Notes: generated by a model not told the origin, from the sequence alone. A stretch of 63,752 nt of DNA, filler included, from 4 parts of 4 records of this genome joined end to end with filler, not necessarily neighbours in it, one strand, 5' to 3'; positions 52,290 to 60,426 are shown, counted from the first letter of the whole stretch. Numbers and translations: made by a program.

Positions 52290-53194
52290 TACTTCTTACC
52301 TCGCTTGGATGATTTCTTGAATGCTTCATCACGTCCATACATGTGCTCGGTCAACGCATTGGAATCTTTCTTGCGTTGTGCCATAAAGCCCCGATCCATT
52401 GTTGGACCACCGGGATTAATAACGCCTAAATCACGATCTTCTTTGATCTGCTTATCGATAAGGATCGGAGCTTGCTGGGTGACTTCAGCAGTAACCATTG
52501 ACGTGATTTCTTCGCGTGTGACGTCATTACGGCTGAGGATCTTTGCCTCTGCTGCATCGCGTAATGCCTGAGCGGCTCTGGCTTCCGCCTTGCGTGCGAT
52601 CTCTTCAGCCCTGGCTGCTTCATCAAGAGCGCGGTTGGATGCCTCTTGCAAGAGCTGCCCACGTTGCCGCCCTGTTGTTAGTGCCTCAGTGACCTGCTTG
52701 GCAATCGCTAACTGAAAGTCATCCAGCTGCTGCTGGAAGCTGTCTAGCTGACGCTCCATCGATAGTTGAGTGGACTGCATCTGACTAAGGATTGCCCCGC
52801 CTGCAGTGGACTGAGTGGCGAGTTCAAATGCGGTTTGACGTGCGCTGGAATTAGCTCCACCGAGTACACCGCCAGATTCTTCTAACGCTGCAACTTGGCT
52901 CTTCAGAGCATCATTGGCACTTCGATATGAATCGATGGTTTGCTGCATGGCAGCCATTGTTTTTTCAATACCATCGACTTTGGATAACTTGGCGCTGATG
53001 TTCTCGAATTCAGCTTCGACGCTTTCCTCTTTGCGTTGCTTGGCTTGCTGCTGACGATAAGTCTCCTCAGCGATCTGCTCTTCAATCCAAGCCTTAGCAA
53101 CACCAGGCTGCGTGGCGTTTAATCGTGCAATCTCAGTAGGAATCAGATATTGCTTGCCCTCATATCCAACTGAAACCATTGTTTCATCTGCCAT
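52289..53194 (-). CDS. Hypothetical coiled-coil protein
   Basis: AAGGAGG RBS; A/Q/E-rich helical sequence, 301 aa. Confidence 0.75.
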   Translation of the reverse strand: MADETMVSVGYEGKQYLIPTEIARLNATQPGVAKAWIEEQIAEETYRQQQAKQRKEESVEAEFENISAKLSKVDGIEKTMAAMQQTIDSYRSANDALKSQVAALEESGGVLGGANSSARQTAFELATQSTAGGAILSQMQSTQLSMERQLDSFQQQLDDFQLAIAKQVTEALTTGRQRGQLLQEASNRALDEAARAEEIARKAEARAAQALRDAAEAKILSRNDVTREEITSMVTAEVTQQAPILIDKQIKEDRDLGVINPGGPTMDRGFMAQRKKDSNALTEHMYGRDEAFKKSSKRGKK

Positions 53195-53228
53195 TGAAAT
53201 TGCCTCCTTTTGTTAAGTCTAGAGATTG

Positions 53229-53810
53229 TCAATTAGGCGCGACAACATTGCCCATTGCGATTTGCGCTGCCTGACGAATCTGCTGCTGCTTTGCTGCAAT
53301 GCGTGCATCTAATTCCTTTGCTCTCTTCGCGTCACGTTCTGCTTGTTGCTGACGTTCTGCGTCACGTTGTTGATCAGCTGCTATCGCACGTTTGGCTGCA
53401 TTGATGTCACCACCAAACCGCTGTGCAATACGATTCAATTGCATCTCTTGTGATGCCTGCTCTAGCTTCGCAAGCATGTCCTGCTCTGCTTTTTCAGCCT
53501 GTTCCTGTACTGCCTGCGGGTTGAATCTTGCATAATCTGTTGCCGCTTCACCTTGCATTGCATCAGGTGTAATTCCTGCTGCTACTGATGCGGCATAAGC
53601 CAATGATGGGACCATGCTTTCATGACCTGCCTCGCCCTTTAATTTATTAGCCAATGCAGGGCTGGCTGCTTCTAACATCCAGCGAATTTCACGTGATCTA
53701 GGTGTATCTGATGTAGACCAAGGATTAACAGCTTTCAGCCCGTCTAGCTTGACGCCTGCTGCTTGCAAAGCGTTAGCCAAAGCGAGTGCATCTTTGTTGT
53801 CGAGATTCAT
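53229..53810 (-). CDS. Hypothetical A/Q-rich helical protein
   Basis: AGGA RBS, ATG 53810; C-terminal coiled coil. Confidence 0.75.
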   Translation of the reverse strand: MNLDNKDALALANALQAAGVKLDGLKAVNPWSTSDTPRSREIRWMLEAASPALANKLKGEAGHESMVPSLAYAASVAAGITPDAMQGEAATDYARFNPQAVQEQAEKAEQDMLAKLEQASQEMQLNRIAQRFGGDINAAKRAIAADQQRDAERQQQAERDAKRAKELDARIAAKQQQIRQAAQIAMGNVVAPN

Positions 53811-53965
53811 GATCGTGTCCTGCACGAATTGATAACTTAATTTTAGCGATTTTGGCTTTTGATTTTATTGGAATCGGCCCCGTCTCGATCTCATTCATCG
53901 TCGGACCAAACCCCCCTTTTAGTCCGACGTCACAGTCGTTACGCTAGGAATCGGCTCTGGTTTGG

Positions 53966-54182
53966 TCGTGGCATTTGCCACGAGCAGCAGCCAGCGGGTG
54001 CAGAAAGCTTGCTGCGGCAGTCGGTCTTGGGTGGAGCCACAACACTTTCAACTGCTGAAAATGTTGTGGTCCTGGGGTGGAGTCACAGCATTGGTACCTG
54101 AGTACCCATCTTGTGTGATCTTGGGTGGAGCCACAGCATTACAACCGGGTTGTATTGGTGTGGACACAGCAGCCAGCCAGCG
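53966..54182. repeat. Three ~47-bp-spaced TCYTGGG(G)TGGAGYCACARCA repeats plus CAGCCAGC boxes
   Basis: Copies at 54025, 54070 and 54119; degenerate copy near 54155. Confidence 0.8.
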
Positions 54183-54280
54183 TGCAAGGGCAGACCAAAG
54201 GATGAGGATAAATCGGCAGACTCATGCGGATTAAATGACGACAGGTCGAACATTTCGCCAACCTTGGGGTGCTCACCGCT

Positions 54281-54310
54281 TTTCAAAGCACCTGGATCGG
54301 TGCTTTGAAA
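54281..54310. other. Perfect 12-bp hairpin bordering the 51-bp array
   Basis: TTTCAAAGCACC-TGGATC-GGTGCTTTGAAA. Confidence 0.75.
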
Positions 54311-54324
54311 GTCAACGCCGCGTG

Positions 54325-54582
54325 AATTAGGCACATTTTTGTCCGAGATTTCATCAGCAGACTTTCGTCCTTCGGAAAGGACGACATTTTTGTCGTCTAT
54401 TTCCTCAACAGGCTTTCGCCCTGGGCGAGCCTGCTGTATCCGCTCAGCGCCTACCGTTGCAACATTTTTGTTATCACGGTCCTGCTTGTTCTGCTCAACG
54501 CTTGAATCCATAGCATTTTTGCTATGGATTTCATCAGCAGACTTTCGCCCTTCTAGCTTTGGGACATTTTTGTCCCAGATTT
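54325..54582. repeat. 51-bp-period array: five CA-TTTT-TG hairpins with variable arms and a conserved 26-bp linker
   Basis: TTTT loops at 54336, 54387, 54465, 54516 and 54567; linker ATTTCATCAGCAGACTTTCGYCCTTC at 54348 and 54528, variant at 54399. Confidence 0.85.
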
Positions 54583-54655
54583 GTTGAGGTCAGTGCGGGT
54601 GCCCCAATCTCAAAAGGTGTCAGCCAGCAACGTGACACAGCAGCCAGCCAGCGGG

Positions 54656-55669
54656 TTAATTCACCGCTAATGCCAGCTGACCTGCAATCGGTTCACTTTC
54701 AATCTCTGAACGCCTCAGCAATACAACCTCTGTTCGTTCTGATCCATCTGCCCGCTTGCTCACACCAATAGAACTGAACGCCTCACGCTTGACCCATAAC
54801 CATCGGTTCTTTGGATACAGCGCACGCAGCTCGGGACAGTCGTAATACATGACCACCACACCAGAAGCAGGGACGCACTCCAACAGCTCTGCAAGCGCCT
54901 CATGCTGATTGAATCCACCTTCGGCATAGGCGTGCTCAGTGCCGAAATAAGGCGGATCTACAACAACCAAATCATTGGTTCTGCCTGTGCATTCCTTGCG
55001 GATCAACTCCAACGCATCGATGTTCATCACGGTGGGACCAACGAATGCCCTGCAAAGGGTTGGCAGGTGCTGAATCAATCGATCCCACTTCCTTGATTTG
55101 TTGCCGCTGCGATCAACTGCAAAACGGTTCTGCTTGAAGTTGCCAACGAAACCGTGATAGTTGCGAGCCAGCCACCACACAGCAACATCGGCATCAGACC
55201 ACTGATGATCAGGCTCAACGGTGTGATCAAACTCGGCAGCAGCAATGGGCATCAATGCCAAGCGTCGTTGAAGCTCTTTCGGGTCATTGCGTAAGGCTCT
55301 GAGCGTGGCAACCATCCAGCCATTGAGATCATTTAGGACCGCTTGATGTGGGCTGAGAAGGTCAGCCTTCAATGCTTCTAGATACAGGGCACCAGAACCC
55401 AGGAAGGGTTCAATCCAACGATCAAAGGTGATGCAGTTGTCAGTGATCACCTTGAGCACTTCAGGTCCGCTGATCGCACCCTTGCTTCCAATCAATGGGT
55501 GAACACCAGAGAGGCGTGATTGCTTCAGCGCCTGCCCAATGGTGAGGTCATCAGCAGCACGTTTGCGGTGGCGATGACTCTTGAGCTTGCAATAGTCGGA
55601 GCAGTATCGGGCAGAACGTCGTTGAGCTTGAAAGGACTTGCCGCAGACTTGGCAGCTGATCTCAGGCAT
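54656..55669 (-). CDS. DNA adenine methyltransferase (Dam/D12 class) with an N-terminal zinc finger
   Basis: CQVCGKSF...RYCSDYC; IGSK, IEPFLGSG, LNDLN and VDPPY motifs. Confidence 0.88.
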   Translation of the reverse strand: MPEISCQVCGKSFQAQRRSARYCSDYCKLKSHRHRKRAADDLTIGQALKQSRLSGVHPLIGSKGAISGPEVLKVITDNCITFDRWIEPFLGSGALYLEALKADLLSPHQAVLNDLNGWMVATLRALRNDPKELQRRLALMPIAAAEFDHTVEPDHQWSDADVAVWWLARNYHGFVGNFKQNRFAVDRSGNKSRKWDRLIQHLPTLCRAFVGPTVMNIDALELIRKECTGRTNDLVVVDPPYFGTEHAYAEGGFNQHEALAELLECVPASGVVVMYYDCPELRALYPKNRWLWVKREAFSSIGVSKRADGSERTEVVLLRRSEIESEPIAGQLALAVN

Positions 55670-55755
55670 TTATCAGTGCTTAGCGTTATCACTCCAATGA
55701 TAACGGTAACAACCTTGCGACGGTGAAAGGATGGTGCCCGCACCACCCTTTCTGA

Positions 55756-56175
55756 TCACAGCAGCAGGTCTGGAATCGCCGCAAAGTCGACGTGTTCAGG
55801 CTTGGCATTCAATAGCCCTCTGAGATGCCTCACGCTGGCCCTGCCGCAGCTCTGAGGAATGGTCTTGCCACATACACGGCAAGCAATCCTGTGCTCCTTC
55901 AAATCGATTGCAGGTTGCATACCGCCTTGCATGTTTTTAGGTAGCACCGGGCAGTAACAGATCGGCTCTGTCTTTGCCTGTGGGTACTTAATGCAGATGT
56001 TGCCAGGATCGTCTGCTGGATCCCATCCACGGGCAGCGATAGCGCCATCGAGGATTGACGCTTTTGGTTTGGTAGCGCTCTCTCCGGCACTTGCCGAAGA
56101 GAGCGTTTTTGCTTTATCTCTCCGAACAGTTGTCGCCGATGAGCCAGTTGCCGATTGAGCTTTCAAATCGTTCAT
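55756..56175 (-). CDS. Hypothetical Cys-containing protein
   Basis: ATGA-coupled to the upstream gene; CYC...CRVC. Confidence 0.6.
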   Translation of the reverse strand: MNDLKAQSATGSSATTVRRDKAKTLSSASAGESATKPKASILDGAIAARGWDPADDPGNICIKYPQAKTEPICYCPVLPKNMQGGMQPAIDLKEHRIACRVCGKTIPQSCGRASVRHLRGLLNAKPEHVDFAAIPDLLL

Positions 56176-56495
56176 TTCGGTTCAAGCCCTCCCAAACGAG
56201 TAATCAAGTTCATTGCACCAAGCGCATTGTTGTATTGCTTGTCTTGGATGGCTTTCTTCCAAACGGTATGAGCACCCGAGATCAATTCAGCAACAACGAC
56301 CTGCCGATCTTGATTCACATCAGCAATGATGACTTCACGAGCTTCACGCAGGATGTTATGAGCTGCGCGTTCACCTAACCCCCACTCAGTCGCAGCGTAT
56401 TGAATCAACTCTGAATTGACTGCTCCGTTACTGATCAGTCGAACGAATCGAGCAATACGGAGCTGTTTATCAATTTGGGTGCATTTTTTTCCCAT
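56172..56495 (-). CDS. Putative terminase small subunit (HTH)
   Basis: RI.R..RLISNGA..SELIQYAATEWGLGER...AREVI pattern resembles small terminase subunits of marine phages (recall only, no search). Confidence 0.55.
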   Translation of the reverse strand: MGKKCTQIDKQLRIARFVRLISNGAVNSELIQYAATEWGLGERAAHNILREAREVIIADVNQDRQVVVAELISGAHTVWKKAIQDKQYNNALGAMNLITRLGGLEPK

Positions 56496-56530
56496 GTTTT
56501 TATTCTGGCAGGATTGGTAGGCGGTAGGGG

Positions 56531-56737
56531 TTAAAAACCTTTTCCTGCGTTGAATCGCTCCAGCTCCTTTTCAGTTCCATAGGTATTTGAGTCAATCCCT
56601 TTGAGCATCTTTGAGATCAACCGCAAGTTGCCGTTCTCGGAGCCAAGCTCATGAGTAAGGGTTTGATCAATTGATCGAAGCGATTCAGAAATAGAGAGGA
56701 GGGCGTCGAGCAAGTCTTGATTGTTTGAGGTGGTCAT
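56531..56737 (-). CDS. Small hypothetical protein
   Basis: CCCC-ATG-ACC start context; helical, 68 aa. Confidence 0.6.
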   Translation of the reverse strand: MTTSNNQDLLDALLSISESLRSIDQTLTHELGSENGNLRLISKMLKGIDSNTYGTEKELERFNAGKGF

Positions 56738-56804
56738 GGGGATCAGGCGGTGGTGGATTGATTAAGGGTGTTGCAGGTGGTCCTCTACAAGAGAGAGCGC
56801 CCTG

Positions 56805-57040
56805 AGAGTGGTTGACACGGTTGGGAGGTAGTTATTGCAAGGGGTTTAGTAGTTGGGACCAATGGTTGGCAACGGTTGGCAACGGTTGACAACCATCCAT
56901 CCCAACCAGCAGAACGCAGTCCCTGACTGGATTCCACCCATATCACCCAAGAATTGCTACCAACCCCCTGTAAGGAGAGGCGAGAGTTGGTGTTTTTAAC
57001 CAACCAAGAGAACCGTTGGTATGACTGGATTTCAACCATG
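56805..57040. other. Putative replication origin with iterons
   Basis: (GGTTGRCAAC)x3 at 56864-56893; many GGTTG/CAACC copies in both orientations, directly downstream of the primase-helicase. Confidence 0.65.
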
Positions 57041-59218
57041 TCAACCATTGCTCCTATAGGAGAAATAAAACTCTCTTCCGACCTTCTTTTGGGTCAGAAG
57101 ACCTTCTCTTGCGCAAGCTCGAAGTTGTTTTCTTGTTCCTTCTATTTCCGAATCAGTGGGCTCACGTTCAAGATTTTGAACCTTGCACGCTGCAACCTGG
57201 CGAACAGTTACGCCATGCGGACCCTTCCAAACCCCTGCAGCAGAACCAACCCATTCGAGCGTTTCTCGTTGCCCAGTAGTAAGTCCTCCGATCACTTCAT
57301 CGTTGCCGTCCGTGCTTTGTAATTCAGCAAGAGATTGTTCAAACTTGCCAATTACATTCCAGGTGCCAGCTTCACCGTCAAAACCAACCAAGAGATCTTG
57401 GTAAGGCATCCGACCTTCAACGACGACGCGACGATATGGCGTTTCTTTATCCGCTACCCATTTATTGGTTCGTGGATCCTTCTTCTCAATGAAGTGGATG
57501 CTGATACCACCTGATGGAACACCTTTGGCTGAACCGTGACCACGAATTGCCTCCATGCCTAACTTGTCGCGATCTTGCGGTGAGTGGAAGGCACAAATAT
57601 GAGCACGTGTTTTATCAGCGCAATAGGTTTGGATGTCAATCAATGCACCACCTGCTTCAGGCTCTTGATCTGAACCATGAACAGGGCGAACGTTGGCGTA
57701 GAAGCTGTCAGAGATCAGGATTGCGCCAGGGTGTTTGGTGGTGATTTCAATGAGTTCATCCATTCCTTCGTCATCCCAACAGAGGTTGTCCTCTGCGGTG
57801 TAAAGCTTGACGATCTGAGGGTGAAGTCGTCCGTCAGCATCCATCAGCCCACGGGCTTTCAGATACTGCGCTGAATTAACTCCAGGCTGATCAGTCCACC
57901 ACAGAATGAACTTATGCTTTTCAGGTGATGGCATCCATTCGGGATTACCCATGAACGGATGCTGAAAGATCAATGATGAGACCAATTCAGTGAGACATTT
58001 GGTCTTACCAACCTTCACGAAGGCAGCAATTGAAGTCAGACAATCAGCCGAGATCAGATTGTTGATCAACCAAACCTGTACGGCGAAGGAAGCAACCTGA
58101 CCACCTGAAACGCCCTTCTCTTCAGTCTTCTTCAGAAGTGATCGCTGCTTTTGAATTAGGCGGCTGCGAACCTGTATCGGAGAAACGCGCAGATTTAATT
58201 CAGCTGCACTGGTGGCAGCACGGATCTGCCTTCTGATCGTGTTGCGCTCAAAGTTTGGATGATTTGGATCAACCAGATTCTTCAGCACTTCATCCCAATC
58301 GTCTAAAGGGGAGCCGCCCTCCGCTCCGCCTGATGGCTCCGCTTTGGGCTCTTTGTACCCACCAGCCTTTGCCCATTCATGCAGGGAGCCAATGCTTAGC
58401 CCACCTTCTTTGGGCTTAAAGCTGAGCCATTTCTTCAGGCACTCATCATCAGATTTGAAGTTGTCCATTTGCCTGGACCATTCAGTCCAGGCATCAAGCA
58501 ATCCTTCATCGGTGTGATGCAGGGCAATTCCAACCCGCAACCAACAGCGGTAGTTCTGATTCTTAGCAGGATCGATGCACTTGAGCATTTCCACTGCACG
58601 AGCGGCATCCTCACTGGTGGGTTCAACAGGCTTCGATTCTGTTTTCCTGGTGATGACCTCAAGCAACCATTCAGGTGCTTCTGAAACTTGCAGGAGATCA
58701 GGGCTGCGACCCTGGAGGAATTTGTATCCAGCAGTTTCAGGATGAGCGCCAATGACGGCACAGTAATGATCACTGAACCGTGCTTCAAGCAGATCAATTC
58801 CGTTCTCACCCCAAACCTTGCGATTTGGCATCTCCTCCCAATAATCCATGGGAACGATGAAAGCGAGCGCCGCACGACCGGGCTTGCCGCTAGTCCAACC
58901 CACCGTGATCGGAAGATCAGATACATCAAACCCGGTAGTGGATTTGAAGCAGCGTTTTGATGAATCTGGATCGTCTTTTAACGCATCAAAATCCAATATC
59001 AGCAGCCCACCGGAGGCAACACCGCATTTGACGCCAACAGCGTGAGTATCCCCATTCATGGAAGGGAAATCTTCTCGCCCCCATGAACGTGCTTTCCATG
59101 CGATACGCATTTCAGTACCGCTGACCTTCATCGGTCCCTTGTCATCAGACAAAGGGATCAGCTCCCAATCTTCAGGAAGCTGTTCAACCTGCTGCAGGTG
59201 AAAAGGAGAAAGGCTCAT
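57041..59218 (-). CDS. Prim-Pol + PriCT-2 + RecA-like (AAA_25-type) helicase replication protein
   Basis: WELIPL, AVGVKCG.ASGGLLILDFD, GAHPET..Y, APEWL; YRCWLRVGIALH...WTEWS...KKWLSF...SIGSLHEWAK; KVGKT Walker A; ILISDS Walker B; IRGHGS; C-terminal wHTH. Confidence 0.88.
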   Translation of the reverse strand: MSLSPFHLQQVEQLPEDWELIPLSDDKGPMKVSGTEMRIAWKARSWGREDFPSMNGDTHAVGVKCGVASGGLLILDFDALKDDPDSSKRCFKSTTGFDVSDLPITVGWTSGKPGRAALAFIVPMDYWEEMPNRKVWGENGIDLLEARFSDHYCAVIGAHPETAGYKFLQGRSPDLLQVSEAPEWLLEVITRKTESKPVEPTSEDAARAVEMLKCIDPAKNQNYRCWLRVGIALHHTDEGLLDAWTEWSRQMDNFKSDDECLKKWLSFKPKEGGLSIGSLHEWAKAGGYKEPKAEPSGGAEGGSPLDDWDEVLKNLVDPNHPNFERNTIRRQIRAATSAAELNLRVSPIQVRSRLIQKQRSLLKKTEEKGVSGGQVASFAVQVWLINNLISADCLTSIAAFVKVGKTKCLTELVSSLIFQHPFMGNPEWMPSPEKHKFILWWTDQPGVNSAQYLKARGLMDADGRLHPQIVKLYTAEDNLCWDDEGMDELIEITTKHPGAILISDSFYANVRPVHGSDQEPEAGGALIDIQTYCADKTRAHICAFHSPQDRDKLGMEAIRGHGSAKGVPSGGISIHFIEKKDPRTNKWVADKETPYRRVVVEGRMPYQDLLVGFDGEAGTWNVIGKFEQSLAELQSTDGNDEVIGGLTTGQRETLEWVGSAAGVWKGPHGVTVRQVAACKVQNLEREPTDSEIEGTRKQLRACAREGLLTQKKVGREFYFSYRSNG

Positions 59219-59535
59219 TCGCTTAACTCCTCTTGAAGGGCTTGAACGAGAGCTTCATCACCAACGAGCAGGCGATCAACTAGCAGCGATGCAAAGCGCG
59301 GTGCTGTTGGGTATCTCGTGATGATCAGATCGATTAATAGCGCCGTTGCAGTGGTTATTTCTCCTACTGAGGCGTATCGTTCGGTCGCATCAAGAAAATG
59401 CCTGGTTAAAGCAAGTCTGCGAATCTGGGTTTTACGAATTTGGGCTTGGTCGAGTGCCGCAAGACTCGGCGAGAATTGTTGTTGCCGCGCTGCTTCAGGT
59501 GTCTTGAAAGCAGGTTGGTGGTTTTTGCGATCCAT
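59215..59535 (-). CDS. Hypothetical protein
   Basis: ATGA-coupled to the primase gene. Confidence 0.65.
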   Translation of the reverse strand: MDRKNHQPAFKTPEAARQQQFSPSLAALDQAQIRKTQIRRLALTRHFLDATERYASVGEITTATALLIDLIITRYPTAPRFASLLVDRLLVGDEALVQALQEELSE

Positions 59536-59551
59536 TAGAATTGATTTAGGG

Positions 59552-59583
59552 AAAAAGGGCGGTCTCCGGACCGTCTTTTTTTT
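59552..59583. terminator. Intrinsic terminator hairpin upstream of the replication operon
   Basis: AAAAAGGGCGGTC-TCCG-GACCGTCTTTTTTTT. Confidence 0.7.
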
Positions 59584-59659
59584 GTGGAAATCCCTGAACC
59601 CGATTGATCTCTGCCGGAGCAGTTGGTCGCTTGATCAAGCAGAAACAGGGACTTAAGCC

Positions 59660-59851
59660 CTAGATGGCTAGAGCGTCTTCAAGGAGTCCTTCGCTTTCAA
59701 GTCCCTTGCGGAAATAGTGCCGCTGGGCTGCAGACATGGAGTCGAATTCACCGTTTAGGACTTCAAGCCTGAGGAAGTGAATCTCCCGGTCTGAGAGCAT
59801 CAAAGAGATTCTTTGATTGATGGGATCTCGAAGGGGTCTAGATCTTTTCAA
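59660..59851 (-). CDS. Small putative DNA-binding regulator (ribbon-helix-helix-like)
   Basis: QRISLMLSDRE...SMSAAQRHYFRKGL beta-helix-helix pattern; lies between integrase and primase. Confidence 0.55.
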   Translation of the reverse strand: MKRSRPLRDPINQRISLMLSDREIHFLRLEVLNGEFDSMSAAQRHYFRKGLESEGLLEDALAI

Positions 59852-60018
59852 GGGGTGGATGTTCGATAAGTCCTACCTCCGTCTAGCGGTGAATAGGGGG
59901 TACCTGGTCTTTTTTGGTCGAAATTGGCTGATATCCAGCAGATGCAATCCGTATACGCCCGTTGATGGATTGCGTTTCCAATCAGCGCACGTAAGGTGAA
60001 AATCGTGATCAACCCCTT

Positions 60019-60237
60019 ATGAACCTCGACGCCAGCTGCCGTGAATTAGATGAAATCGCGCAGCTACTGGTTGAAGAGCACCGTCTGATCAGGCTCATGA
60101 GAAGCCATGGAGAGCCGCCCTCAGCTGTCGATGAGGCACGGGCTTACAGCGGTGGGATTAGCCAAGTGGCGTTGATGATGCAGCCTCTTTTGCTCGCTGC
60201 GCTGGATCTGGAATTGGAAGGTGCCTGCGTGGCTTGA
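60019..60237 (+). CDS. Small hypothetical protein (divergent)
   Basis: 72-aa ATG ORF, divergent from the RHH-like gene. Confidence 0.5.
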   Translation: MNLDASCRELDEIAQLLVEEHRLIRLMRSHGEPPSAVDEARAYSGGISQVALMMQPLLLAALDLELEGACVA

Positions 60238-60242
60238 TTCAC

Positions 60243-60423
60243 GGGCTCTAAAAGAGCCCAGTGTTTTTGTAGAGAAATAGCGGGCTCGACTTGAGCCCAC
60301 GAAAAGTGGGCGGGCGCCCACCTCTGAGCACAGGTGTGCTCGGGGCTTAGGGGAACAGCTGTTCCCTTTTCGCAATGTTGCGCAAAGTGGGCACGTGCCC
60401 ACCTGAGGGGAGCCGTGGCTCCC
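60243..60423. repeat. Cluster of eight short palindromes (seven of 16-17 bp, one of 12 bp)
   Basis: Starts at 60243, 60282, 60306, 60326, 60351, 60371, 60387 and 60408. Confidence 0.85.
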
Positions 60424-60426
60424 TTT

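Noticed and set aside
54083-54511. 142-aa ORF across the arrays as a confident CDS
   Set aside because: Its ATG lies inside a hairpin unit and the repeat frame extends upstream to a stop without a start. Coding status is unresolved, so it is not listed as a CDS.
54345-54550. Hammerhead ribozyme or box C motif (CUGAUGA and CGAAA on the minus strand of the linker)
   Set aside because: GAAA precedes CUGAUGA by only 5 nt, leaving no room for stems I and III, and the following hairpin is not followed by GAAA. The topology does not fit.
54025-54582. CRISPR array
   Set aside because: Few and degenerate repeats, self-complementary or short spacers, and no cas genes; reported as non-CRISPR arrays instead.
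60121-60402. 93-aa minus-strand ORF over the palindrome cluster
   Set aside because: It starts inside a palindrome, overlaps the opposite-strand ORF and has no protein-like features.
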